A stretch of DNA of 64,000 bases from IMG/VR virus record IMGVR_UViG_3300027801_001565; one strand, 5' to 3'. This document shows positions 1 to 9,276 of the stretch, in pieces; the stretch's first letter is position 1; every line of letters starts with the position of its first letter. Position numbers and translations under genes: made by a program. The notes below the pieces were generated by a model. The model saw only the letters and a program-made list of their open reading frames with translations. It was not told the origin of the DNA and did not search any database. Origin of the DNA: a virus.

Positions 1-152
1 CGAAGTTATGACGCAGTCCGTAAGGTTAGTAATATAAGAGTCCATATGCTATACACCACAGTTCTAACAGTAACATATAGATGCTTTCATAAGCTATAAT
101 ACTCGTTAATAATAGTAAAGGGAATATAACGATACCATATCGCTTAGTTAGA

Positions 153-422
153 TCACGCAACACCGAACATACTCCTTAGAAACGGAATAGGTACCCATTG
201 TTCACTCGGTGTTGACACCGGAGGGCTTTGCATATTCCGAAAGTCTTCCTGCATGAAAGTATCATGTTCTGTTATAGGATAATTATACGCTCCAGTAACA
301 GCTATAGTTATAATGAGAACAAGGAATAGAAACCATCCTGTAATCTTCATAGCTTCGTATGCTTTGTTTTTCGGTATAAGTCCAAGTTGTTTTAAATCTT
401 TCACTATGTTAGGTTTCTTCAT
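153..422 (-). CDS. hypothetical membrane protein
   Basis: 89-aa ORF with one hydrophobic segment; TATAAATA box upstream (444-451). Confidence 0.6.
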   Translation of the reverse strand: MKKPNIVKDLKQLGLIPKNKAYEAMKITGWFLFLVLIITIAVTGAYNYPITEHDTFMQEDFRNMQSPPVSTPSEQWVPIPFLRSMFGVA

Positions 423-599
423 GTATATTTCTCTTTACAATTTTATTTATACACACTATAGCATACACGAGAGCGTAAGTAAAGCATACATAGTACCAAA
501 AGTACAGATGTTTCATTAACTGTACAAAACAACGTATATGTATACTTTATGAAACATAATACACATGTATGTATACTCATGTTTAAATTTACGTCATAA

Positions 600-629
600 T
601 TACACACGATTACATACGATTACACACGA
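600..629 (+). repeat. 3 x 10-bp tandem repeat TTACA(C/T)ACGA
   Basis: ttacacacga ttacatacga ttacacacga read directly in an AT-rich intergenic region. Confidence 0.8.
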
Positions 630-927
630 ACAGAAGTGGTGCTAACATAGTGCTATGGTATCGTTATATCGCCTTTTTCAGAAAGATCTATTTTGGACGG
701 TTTTTTGGCCGTACTTTTTCTGGGAAAGATTTCTCACAAGAAAGATCGATAGGGGCTATATACCTCGGTATGGGCGAGTACCTTGCTGCTTTTCCATAGC
801 TCACCTCACGCATCTTGTCAAGCATTCTTTTTGCTAGCACACACGCACGCACGCGTCAAGCATTTCTTTTGCTTGACATTTCAGATAGCACGAAGCCAGC
901 AATTACGCTGGCCCTCGATGCTTTAGA

Positions 928-1068
928 CTAGCTTGCTTTTAAATCCGCTAACTCAGCTTCTAACTTAGCAATTCGCTTAGCAGCTCCTAGCCCCGCCTCT
1001 TCGCCTAGAATTAAATAATCTTCAGCAATAGACTCATCATCAACGCTACAGTTTTCAATAGCACACAT
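928..1068 (-). CDS. small hypothetical coiled-coil protein (not in ORF track)
   Basis: Hand translation MCAIENCSVDDESIAEDYLILGEEAGLGAAKRIAKLEAELADLKAS*; hairpin gccagc-N6-gctggc just downstream (895-912). Confidence 0.5.
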   Translation of the reverse strand: MCAIENCSVDDESIAEDYLILGEEAGLGAAKRIAKLEAELADLKAS

Positions 1069-1142
1069 TACGCATCGTCGCTCCGAGTACTTCACACATA
1101 TAAAAGGGGCTGTATAAGCCCCCTGTGTGTAACCCCTATATG

Positions 1143-1526
1143 TTAAACAGTTATATTACTGTTTGCTATTACTTCCTTTTTACATAATGCCCAATCACAT
1201 TCAACATCATGTTCCTCAAAGTAATCCTCAAACACTATGTTTGTGCAAAAGTCAATTGCCTCAGTTTTGTTAAAAAACACATTACTCATGCTACTATTAC
1301 TGTATAAGTAATCCCCGTCCTCCTCAATTATGTACAAGTTCACAAAGTCATTAACCCTGTGTGTTTCGCCTTTCTCAGTATTTTGTAAATCCCTCAAAAG
1401 TGCTTCAATTTCCACAGTTACTTGTTCAATTTGTACTCCCTCCTCCTCAATGTATAATGTTATGTGTGTTTCCCCTAACGCCAAAGTGTTGTTAAGTGTT
1501 TGTAAAGCCGTTGTAAAGTTTTTCAT
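1143..1526 (-). CDS. hypothetical acidic early protein
   Basis: 127-aa ORF; AGGAAG RBS; sigma70-like promoter TTTACA-N17-TATAAT upstream on the minus strand. Confidence 0.7.
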   Translation of the reverse strand: MKNFTTALQTLNNTLALGETHITLYIEEEGVQIEQVTVEIEALLRDLQNTEKGETHRVNDFVNLYIIEEDGDYLYSNSSMSNVFFNKTEAIDFCTNIVFEDYFEEHDVECDWALCKKEVIANSNITV

Positions 1527-1664
1527 TTTGTACTTCCTTTTTAGTTTTTCATTTTGTTAATATGTACATATTATACTGTTTTTGGGAGTACATGTAAACC
1601 TTTTTATAGTACTATAACTGAGGTTTATGAGGGGCTATAGGGCGAAATCTTTTAAAAAGAATGC

Positions 1665-1704
1665 TTGACAAATGGTCCTAAAGAGTGCATAATAACGGTA
1701 TAAT
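1665..1704 (+). promoter_or_regulatory. early sigma70-type promoter cassette
   Basis: TTGACA-N17-CATAAT-AACGG-TATAAT. Confidence 0.8.
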
Positions 1705-1723
1705 ACAGTAATGGAGAGAACAT

Positions 1724-1999
1724 ATGAGATTATACTTTAACTTAGATACCAACAGAACAATAAGATTCAGAGATATGGATGCCCCTAAGGGTGCCACTAC
1801 ATATAGCGCCGGACAGGACTGTGGCGAAGGTGAGCAGATACTGGAGCTAGCAGCAGATCTACGTGGTGTAGGTGTTGATGAGACAGGCTATACGTTTTCA
1901 TCAGATTTAGACTTCCCTAAGGAGTACGGTTTTATGGCAGATGATGATGCTCACCGTATAGTAGCGAAGGCATTAACAATCGCGGTTGGTGGTGTTTAA
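1724..1999 (+). CDS. hypothetical early protein
   Basis: GGAGAG RBS, downstream of the early promoter. Confidence 0.7.
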   Translation: MRLYFNLDTNRTIRFRDMDAPKGATTYSAGQDCGEGEQILELAADLRGVGVDETGYTFSSDLDFPKEYGFMADDDAHRIVAKALTIAVGGV

Positions 2000-2000
2000 G

Positions 2001-2252
2001 ATGAGTAACTATTACATAGACGCAACGAGAGACAACTTAGAGATGAAGGCGACACAGATGTCAACTACAGAGCTAGCAGGAGAGCTTGGACTAGAAGTAG
2101 ACGCACTAAGCGAGAAGGCATTCGGTGATACCCCTGGTACACATGATGCCCCGAATGAGATTCTATTCACTGGTTATGATATCTTCACTTTTGATGAGCT
2201 AGTAGATATGTACGTCACGGCCCAATTCGATGGACTGGCGAGGCAATACTAG
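2001..2252 (+). CDS. hypothetical early protein
   Basis: ATG 2 nt after the upstream stop; acidic 83-aa product. Confidence 0.65.
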   Translation: MSNYYIDATRDNLEMKATQMSTTELAGELGLEVDALSEKAFGDTPGTHDAPNEILFTGYDIFTFDELVDMYVTAQFDGLARQY

Positions 2253-2258
2253 AATCCG

Positions 2259-2383
2259 CTTGTAAAGAAGTTATACGGGGTGTGCACCTTCCCCCTTGTA
2301 AAGAAGTATTCTCCCCCATGGTGCCATCCCCCTTGTAAAGAAATATCCGCTACCCTGTACCTAGTCGCTTGTAAAGAAGTATT
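2259..2383 (+). repeat. periodic array, 4 x CTTGTAAAGAA(G/A)T(A/T), period 36-37 bp
   Basis: Copies start at 2259, 2295, 2332 and 2368 with distinct GC-rich spacers. Confidence 0.85.
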
Positions 2384-2733
2384 AGGGTGGGTGGTGGCAA
2401 CTATCCAGAGTACCAAACGCGCCAATCTCCAGGGCTTGACAAAAGCTTCTGAGTGTGTTAAGACCTGGGCTGAGGGTGGTAGAATCTTTTGGGCGAATAG
2501 CTCTGGTACCCTAGCTGCTTGACATTCAAGGCGCGTTAGGTTAGATCTACCCATATACTATACCAGCGCTACCTAGCTATTCAAGTATAGACGGTGGGTG
2601 GTTGGGTGGTGGTTAGATTAAAGTGGTGGGGTGGTGGTGGCAATACAGAAGTATTCTACTACGGCTGGGGGTGGTAACTAACGATTATTGCTAAGGCGTG
2701 TGGCACCACGCTCTAGCCATCAAGTGCTCTTAT

Positions 2734-3117
2734 CTATTCGTTAAAAGGATCGTTATCTTCTGCTGTGTATGTGGGTACTCTACTACTCGTGCCAATAGAT
2801 TCTACTTCTCTCTCTACGTTATCTACTATTAACTGTGCCTCTCTCATCATACTATCTATGTCTCCGAATGTCTCTAACTCAGACGTAATAGGCTCTTTAT
2901 TAATCTCTTCAAACAAATCGGCTTGTATAGGTAATTCGTGAGTATTTACAGCATTGGTGCGAATCTCTGTGTATCCTATATCTCCCATGCGTCCCATCTT
3001 CTCTAAATCTGCCATCACTCTCTCTCGCGTAGGCTCTGGAAATCTCATGTTCTCATATTTTATATTAAATGTTACCAGTACATCTTGTATTCTCTGCTCT
3101 TGTGTCTTATCTGTCAT
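2734..3117 (-). CDS. hypothetical protein
   Basis: 127-aa ORF, AGGAG RBS. Confidence 0.7.
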   Translation of the reverse strand: MTDKTQEQRIQDVLVTFNIKYENMRFPEPTRERVMADLEKMGRMGDIGYTEIRTNAVNTHELPIQADLFEEINKEPITSELETFGDIDSMMREAQLIVDNVEREVESIGTSSRVPTYTAEDNDPFNE

Positions 3118-3373
3118 CGTTATCTCCTGGGTGGAACATGCCGTCTACATAGTTTTCTGCTACGTTCTCAGCATACTGTTCGCTGTGATTATACACTTCT
3201 CTGCGTTCTATTAGTTTATTATTCTCAAACAGATTTACATAGAAGCCTGATTTAGGCTTGTATAGAACTACAGCCATTCGTCCGTTCTCTTCCATTCGGG
3301 AATAGGTGTGCATTGCCTTAGCATCCTGTTCCTTATCATATTCCTCTGCCATTATTGTCATGTACATATCCAA
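3107..3373 (-). CDS. hypothetical protein
   Basis: 88-aa ORF overlapping the next gene. Confidence 0.65.
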   Translation of the reverse strand: MDMYMTIMAEEYDKEQDAKAMHTYSRMEENGRMAVVLYKPKSGFYVNLFENNKLIERREVYNHSEQYAENVAENYVDGMFHPGDNDDR

Positions 3374-3464
3374 CCTCGTTCGTGCTTACTTCGTAAGCTT
3401 TTAAATATACTCTGTGCGTTAGAGTAGTTTGTTTATCGTTACTATATTTATTTATACTATGTTA

Positions 3465-3674
3465 TTAGCTATCGTTTTGTAAACGATTAAGTGCCAAGCG
3501 ATTGATCTCTATACGACGGCAATCATCAGCATTGTAAAACTCTGTTATCTCTGACATCGTTCGTCCACATCCTATGCACATATCTTCTACGCCATTGTCC
3601 TCAATCATACATATGCTGATACATGTAGACTCAACGGTTGGAATACCCAATAGCTTCTTTACTCGGTGTACCAT
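3465..3674 (-). CDS. DUF1289-like Cys-rich (putative Fe-S) protein
   Basis: CISIC...CIGCGRT.SEI pattern. Confidence 0.7.
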   Translation of the reverse strand: MVHRVKKLLGIPTVESTCISICMIEDNGVEDMCIGCGRTMSEITEFYNADDCRRIEINRLALNRLQNDS

Positions 3675-4279
3675 CTATCAAACTCCTTCTTAAACGCATC
3701 GTAATTAGTCATAACAGCAATCTTATCTTGTTTACTGGCTATTTTACGATACAACTGTGGCATATAATTATAATCTTTACTAGGATCTATCCAATCAGCA
3801 AAGTCTGTTCGCCAATCGCCTGTTAAGTCCTCATATCGTATAGTTTTATCAAAATGGTATGTATCTCGTATAGCCATGTCTCTCATGTCGTCACCAATAA
3901 AGCGTTGTATAGGATCGTTGTCTTTGTCCCAAGTGAATGGCTCTAACGCTATATCTGTTGATTGTGAATAATATCTATTAGACGCTTGGGCTAATAGATG
4001 TGATAGAATCCTATCCTCTTTATCATCACGATACAGATATATTGAACACACATCCTTTCTTATTGAAAACTCTCTAAATGCTTTGCTTATGTTTGGGTGT
4101 TGTAAATGTGCGTCATGGATCTTACATGTCCATGGATCTGAGTTTACACCCATATCATTAAACATCATCTGCTCAATCAACCAACGATTCTGTATTATTT
4201 GACTTAGTGTGTGAAATACATAGGTACTACCAGCTCGTGGCTGGCTATATCCTAGTATACTTAGAATGTGTTTTTCCAT
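3659..4279 (-). CDS. sulfotransferase-family protein
   Basis: PRAGST (5'-PSB loop), R...S in LYRDDKEDRILS (3'-PB), RYEDL. Confidence 0.7.
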   Translation of the reverse strand: MEKHILSILGYSQPRAGSTYVFHTLSQIIQNRWLIEQMMFNDMGVNSDPWTCKIHDAHLQHPNISKAFREFSIRKDVCSIYLYRDDKEDRILSHLLAQASNRYYSQSTDIALEPFTWDKDNDPIQRFIGDDMRDMAIRDTYHFDKTIRYEDLTGDWRTDFADWIDPSKDYNYMPQLYRKIASKQDKIAVMTNYDAFKKEFDRWYTE

Positions 4280-4956
4280 GTAGCCTTTCCTGGAACGCCT
4301 TGGATGCGTCTATTATATACTAATCCTGCGCTGTACTGTGGACTTAATCCACCTTTCTCTAAGCCATCGATCCATTGCTCGTGATCGAATATATCTTTTG
4401 TTGGTTCACCGTTGATGATAAGTTCATTTTCTTCAGTCCAAGTCAAATCAAATGCTGGATTGAAACGTGTAAAGATAGGCGAGCCGTAACCAATCAATAC
4501 TGGTGGTGGGTTCTCTGTCATGCCATACCAGACTCTAACTGTTGCTCCTTTCCTTCTTAAAAGGTCACACATATCTTGCGTAACAATATCTGCACCAAGT
4601 ACACAATACTCCACACATGTCATGTCCAAGTCTGTGAACGTTGGTTCTGCCTCAAGTAATGGTAAATGTGCTGGTACTAGGTATATGTGTGTGGGCTGTA
4701 TCCTTATAAAGTTCCTTACATAGGTTTTAGCATCGAACTTCATGCAACTGTAATCACATCCGCTCAATACTGCTGGGTATGCTGATATTGTCCAATGGGC
4801 AATGGTGTTCGAGGGGTAAACATCTAATACTCTGCTGTCTTTGGTTAGCTTCATTTCAGCTATAGTATACTCAGCACATTGCTTGAGATACTCCCATGAG
4901 TGTTCAATTACCTTTGGCTCTTTAGTTGTTCCTGATGTGTATAATGTAATACTCAT
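4261..4956 (-). CDS. compact adenylate-forming (AMP-binding, ANL family) enzyme
   Basis: YTSGTTKEPK P-loop and YGMTE motif; only 231 aa. Confidence 0.8.
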   Translation of the reverse strand: MSITLYTSGTTKEPKVIEHSWEYLKQCAEYTIAEMKLTKDSRVLDVYPSNTIAHWTISAYPAVLSGCDYSCMKFDAKTYVRNFIRIQPTHIYLVPAHLPLLEAEPTFTDLDMTCVEYCVLGADIVTQDMCDLLRRKGATVRVWYGMTENPPPVLIGYGSPIFTRFNPAFDLTWTEENELIINGEPTKDIFDHEQWIDGLEKGGLSPQYSAGLVYNRRIQGVPGKATWKNTF

Positions 4957-6566
4957 GCTAGTTTCATCTCCTTATATTGGTTTATAATATTTATGTGTGT
5001 ATTAATTAATCTAGCTCCTAACGGTTCTATTTCATTAAAACTCTTCTTCATGTCTTCTAGAGTATAATGTCCGCCTGTGAGATATCTGTGATAATAGAAT
5101 ATGCCAGGAGCGAGCTGGTTCATCTCTACAGGATCTGATGCTATATCTGAGAATAGCTTCCAGGCCTCCCAGACGTTCATAGTTTCATGCTCCCAATTTG
5201 CTACACCGCTAGCGTTCATATAGAATTCTACTATCTCTTTATGCTTGTCAGGTATCTCATTAATATCATAGCCTAACTCCTCATGCGTTCTCTTTATAAA
5301 GACTCCTGATGTCCAGGCTGTTCTATCAAACTCTGAAGGATTAGTTGCCATTGCGTTCATCTCGCCATCAGCTACCATTAATGGTGCATAACTATATGAC
5401 TGGCCTTGCATGTTCTCCATTACCCAATTCTTACCGTCGATGAATGTCTCGCGTGTCTCATAAGGCAAGCCCACTATCATTGATATCGTACATCTGTATG
5501 CTCCCTTTGCCTCGAACCAATCCTTAACCTTTAATAGTCCTTCTTTTAGTCGTTCAGGCTTCATGCCTTTGCCTACATACTTCGCTGCTTTGTGATTGAA
5601 ACTCTCAAGACCATAGAACTGACTCCACAATCCCATATCCCAGATGTCCTGCCAAGTATCAGGATTAGCGACTAATAGATCAGCTCGTATATATCCTGCT
5701 AAATGTATTTTAAATGGTAATGATCTAATCACATCAGCAATCTTCTTTAGCTTGGCTGGGCTATCGTTTATTGTCTCATCTGATATCGTATAAGTTCGTA
5801 TTCCCCAGCGTTCGTAATTATCTAATAGCTCTGCTCTTAGGCTCTCTCCACATCGTGAATGATCTCCCTTTACTCCTAGCACTGTAAAGGAACAGAACTT
5901 ACATGAGAATATACACCCACGACCTAATTCAATCGTTGGGATCTCGTCATCTCTCATATAGTCTCGATCTTCATATTTAATACAGGCTTGAGGCATAGGC
6001 CACGCTGGATAGTCTGTTCTACATTGTACTATATTTCTCTCGGCTCCCCAGAATGTTTCTTTGTGTATTTTGATGTCATTAGGCTCCCCTTTGATGTATT
6101 TGAGGAGCTCTAGTATGCCATATTCAGCGAAACCACCTACATAATAGTCTAGGGGATATGCTAGGGTAGCTGAAATATTTTGAGATCCACCAATGAAGGT
6201 TAATTGAGGATATAATGATTTGATGTGTGCTAGGTTTGTAACAATCTCTTTTACTTTCTCCTGGTTCTTCTTGCCTGCTCCTCCTAATGGAAACATAGCG
6301 GAGAGTCCTACAAATATTGTCTCGTCTGTTACTCGTTGTTCAAATAGTTTAACAAGTTCTTCTCTTGTCCACGCAGGCCAGAAGTCTATTACTTCTACAT
6401 CATAGTCGTGTTCTCGTAACCAAGTAGCAATTCTATGTCCACCAGCAGTTCGTTTAATGCTAGGCCAGAAGTCTGGCTTATCCGCTTCATCTTGCGAACT
6501 GATTTGGTTTCGTGTTTCACTGGTGTCCTCTCTTTCGAGTATACCACCAAGTATTATGCCGTGCAT
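4953..6566 (-). CDS. B12-binding-domain radical SAM protein (paralog 1)
   Basis: GGHRIATWLREHDYDVEVIDF N-terminal domain; GRGCIFSCKFC; FYGLESF; IVGLPYET. Confidence 0.85.
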   Translation of the reverse strand: MHGIILGGILEREDTSETRNQISSQDEADKPDFWPSIKRTAGGHRIATWLREHDYDVEVIDFWPAWTREELVKLFEQRVTDETIFVGLSAMFPLGGAGKKNQEKVKEIVTNLAHIKSLYPQLTFIGGSQNISATLAYPLDYYVGGFAEYGILELLKYIKGEPNDIKIHKETFWGAERNIVQCRTDYPAWPMPQACIKYEDRDYMRDDEIPTIELGRGCIFSCKFCSFTVLGVKGDHSRCGESLRAELLDNYERWGIRTYTISDETINDSPAKLKKIADVIRSLPFKIHLAGYIRADLLVANPDTWQDIWDMGLWSQFYGLESFNHKAAKYVGKGMKPERLKEGLLKVKDWFEAKGAYRCTISMIVGLPYETRETFIDGKNWVMENMQGQSYSYAPLMVADGEMNAMATNPSEFDRTAWTSGVFIKRTHEELGYDINEIPDKHKEIVEFYMNASGVANWEHETMNVWEAWKLFSDIASDPVEMNQLAPGIFYYHRYLTGGHYTLEDMKKSFNEIEPLGARLINTHINIINQYKEMKLA

Positions 6567-7139
6567 TTATATCTCTCCGAGTTGACCTGTTATGAGGAGC
6601 TGCCGCCACTGTGTCATGTTTAATTCCATTTTGTTATCTGTAATATACTTATAAGCCATTCGTTCCTCTTCTATATCAAACATGATAGGGCCTTCATATG
6701 CCTCACCAAATAACTCTTTAGTAGTCTTTGGTGTTTCGTATGATAATAGAAACTTAGATAGTTTGTCAAAGGGAATGTAAAAGTCAAAGTCTGCATCTGC
6801 TAATGTGCTGAGATATGGTTGTAAATGTGTCTGATAAAACATGTTCTCACGTTTTGCGTGTACTTCACGCATGCTAGTACCATGGAGATAGGCTGCGTGT
6901 CTGTGTGCTTCCTCAGGATCTCTCAATATGAGGATGTGCGTGTGTTCGATATAATCATTACAAAGCGCTTTCCAATGAAATGGTTTGACATAAGCTAATG
7001 TTGTGCGTGTGCCTAGGTTGTTAAAGAATGGTTCAAATGGTGAAGTACCTATTGGACCATGACAATATATTGTAACGTTCTGTGTCTCAGCATATGTAGA
7101 CAAGACACCATCATCTCTATATCTTTCAGGCCCGTTCAT
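6567..7139 (-). CDS. hypothetical protein, possibly sulfotransferase-like
   Basis: ILILRDP motif; adjacent to the rSAM gene with no gap. Confidence 0.5.
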   Translation of the reverse strand: MNGPERYRDDGVLSTYAETQNVTIYCHGPIGTSPFEPFFNNLGTRTTLAYVKPFHWKALCNDYIEHTHILILRDPEEAHRHAAYLHGTSMREVHAKRENMFYQTHLQPYLSTLADADFDFYIPFDKLSKFLLSYETPKTTKELFGEAYEGPIMFDIEEERMAYKYITDNKMELNMTQWRQLLITGQLGEI

Positions 7140-7380
7140 CTACGTGCGTCACCTTAGCCAACGCATCAAGCACCAGCTTGTTATATTCTAATACATCAAG
7201 AAACTCTATGTTGTCGCCCTCAAACTTCATCAATGTCATGCCATGTTTGTCTCGTTTTGAGGCACAAAACTCTATCATCTTCGTTGTTCCCTCTCGAAAA
7301 CCTAACCTGTATGATGTGTAAGCACACCCAGCTAAGCAAGCAATGTATATAAATGCAAATGTTATTTCTAAATCACTCAT
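7126..7380 (-). CDS. hypothetical membrane protein
   Basis: N-terminal hydrophobic helix. Confidence 0.6.
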   Translation of the reverse strand: MSDLEITFAFIYIACLAGCAYTSYRLGFREGTTKMIEFCASKRDKHGMTLMKFEGDNIEFLDVLEYNKLVLDALAKVTHVDERA

Positions 7381-7579
7381 CTTTATCTCCTAATCCAAAT
7401 TGTTTTTCTGTCTCATCAACGATATACTTAGATAACTTGTATGGCGTAACAGCAAACCACCAAGGGAAGAAGGCATGTATAATGCCTGTTACAAATACTG
7501 CCAATGCAACAAAACTAAAGAATATTGCATAGACAAAATGGTTTAAATAGCTTGATTTAACTTCTTTTAAATGTTTCAT
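7373..7579 (-). CDS. DUF6356-like small membrane protein
   Basis: HL.EV..SY..H...A...IHAFFP pattern. Confidence 0.6.
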   Translation of the reverse strand: MKHLKEVKSSYLNHFVYAIFFSFVALAVFVTGIIHAFFPWWFAVTPYKLSKYIVDETEKQFGLGDKDE

Positions 7580-7593
7580 ACCTGTATTTATAC

Positions 7594-7854
7594 CTATAGC
7601 AAACTGATCTGTTTTAGGTAGTCATCTACCTGCTCATCACTTAGATATCCAAGCACATCGTTTGTGATGTCAGTGGTGTAACATAGTTCGTTATCATCAC
7701 CTTCAGTTACTGCTAGCTCCCATTGGCCTTTATCCCAACCATATGAAAACTTGTGTCGTATAACACTTGCACCATAGCCATTAGTAAATTTGTATTGTTT
7801 TGCCACTCCGCCGTTACATTCCTGCTCGGTAACACATAGTAGTTCTGCTATCAT
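7594..7854 (-). CDS. conserved phage hypothetical protein
   Basis: YKFTNGYGASVI...SYG...WELAV pattern recognised from phage proteins. Confidence 0.7.
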   Translation of the reverse strand: MIAELLCVTEQECNGGVAKQYKFTNGYGASVIRHKFSYGWDKGQWELAVTEGDDNELCYTTDITNDVLGYLSDEQVDDYLKQISLL

Positions 7855-8162
7855 TATATTAACCTCTCTGCTATTGCTCTCATTAAAAATAATAAACCAA
7901 CACCATTAAGTAGTATTAATGCTCGGTCCTTCCATATCAGTGATACAGTTAACCACAAACTAATGCCAACAAATGATAGATACAAGTCGTATACTTGCAT
8001 ACCTTCTACACCACGAATAGACATTGAGGACAATACAAATGCACTGGCTACCCATTTTAGATACCAATCAAGTGTGTACTTGGGTGTTGCTGATTTGTAG
8101 ATCCTAGTGGAGTTCTTTAACTCCTCTGGTTCAAACTTTTGCTTTGTCTCTTGTGTACTCAT
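7854..8162 (-). CDS. hypothetical membrane protein (DUF6552-like)
   Basis: SATPKYTLDWYLKW followed by three hydrophobic segments. Confidence 0.6.
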   Translation of the reverse strand: MSTQETKQKFEPEELKNSTRIYKSATPKYTLDWYLKWVASAFVLSSMSIRGVEGMQVYDLYLSFVGISLWLTVSLIWKDRALILLNGVGLLFLMRAIAERLI

Positions 8163-8736
8163 AAATCTCTTTCCAGTTTTTCATTACTTTGGCATCACCT
8201 ACATAATTTAGAGAGTGGCCGTGTTCCATGAGAATAGCATCGTAACCTATTTCTAAGCCTACCTCAGCATTTACATACTTGTCCTCAACCCACATACTTC
8301 CTTCGAACCTAGTGGATAGTTCAACTAGGATCTCATTCTTATCATCACCACAGCCTAGGTAGTGGTATTCAACAAATGTGTCGTTACCAAATAGTTTCTT
8401 TAAGTTACATGTCCTTAGCTTTTGTGCTGACTCATCAGTTGATAAACTAGTTACAGCAATAAATCTATAACCTAACTCCTCAGCGATTAACTTCATGTAA
8501 TATTGAGCGTCTCTCAAGGGTGGGAGGAATCCCATGGCAGCTGAAGAGTTAAACCTCTCAACATACTCTTTGGACTCTAATTTGGTTATGCCGTAAGTAG
8601 CACCCACATCATACATATGTGGTGTCTTAATCTCCATGCCCATTGTTGACGACATCCAAGTGTGGAAGCCGAACTCCCAATCTAGGCATACGCCATCACA
8701 GTCTGTTAAAATTATCTTATCTTTATTGTACATCAT
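8131..8736 (-). CDS. HAD-family 5'(3')-deoxyribonucleotidase-like phosphatase
   Basis: DCDGV motif I; WVEDK motif. Confidence 0.8.
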   Translation of the reverse strand: MMYNKDKIILTDCDGVCLDWEFGFHTWMSSTMGMEIKTPHMYDVGATYGITKLESKEYVERFNSSAAMGFLPPLRDAQYYMKLIAEELGYRFIAVTSLSTDESAQKLRTCNLKKLFGNDTFVEYHYLGCGDDKNEILVELSTRFEGSMWVEDKYVNAEVGLEIGYDAILMEHGHSLNYVGDAKVMKNWKEIYEYTRDKAKV

Positions 8737-8743
8737 ATATCAG

Positions 8744-9265
8744 TTATTCCTTTATTATACCGTTATTATAGCAGCCTAAGGACCTTTTGTCAAGCATTTT
8801 TATAGCTTTTATCGCCTTTATTGTGTGATTTGTATGATTTTTAATGTAATCATGTGCTAATAGTGTCTCCATATCCCACGCTTCACGTTCCCATGGCTCA
8901 CAACGTCTGTCTGTGTGTTGTTTACCTTTCCACATGTTAACCAAATATGGGGGATATCCGAGGCGTTTATCAGTCAACTCTTTGCGTACATATTGCTTGA
9001 CGTGTACCATTTCGTGGCATGTAGTTCGTATGAGATTGTAATGGTCCTGATGTTTGTCTAGTTTTATTTCACAAATGTTATCGTGTTGGTGCATACAACT
9101 TCCCATTATACCTTCAGTTGTTGTATAATTGCCTATGTGTACGTCTAGATCAAGTGTGCTAAAACGTGGTAGCATTTTGTCTATGCAATATACCATCACA
9201 TCTAATGCTAGTTCTCTTTGATTTTTACGTCCGCCTTCAAGGTGTAACCAGTTACCTGGGTGCAT
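8744..9265 (-). CDS. zinc metallopeptidase-like protein
   Basis: HEMVH (HExxH) plus PWEREA. Confidence 0.75.
   Translation of the reverse strand: MHPGNWLHLEGGRKNQRELALDVMVYCIDKMLPRFSTLDLDVHIGNYTTTEGIMGSCMHQHDNICEIKLDKHQDHYNLIRTTCHEMVHVKQYVRKELTDKRLGYPPYLVNMWKGKQHTDRRCEPWEREAWDMETLLAHDYIKNHTNHTIKAIKAIKMLDKRSLGCYNNGIIKE
8754..8793 (-). promoter_or_regulatory. early promoter cassette
   Basis: TTGACA-N17-TATAAT-AACGG-TATAAT on the minus strand. Confidence 0.8.
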
Positions 9266-9276
9266 AGCGAGTATCC

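Noticed and set aside
2259-2383. Canonical CRISPR array
   Set aside because: Repeats are only ~15 bp with ~21-nt spacers, there are four units and no cas genes; kept as an unexplained repeat array
2249-2554. ORFs 2249..2554(-) and 2280..2522(+)
   Set aside because: They run across the repeat array, lack an RBS and have atypical composition
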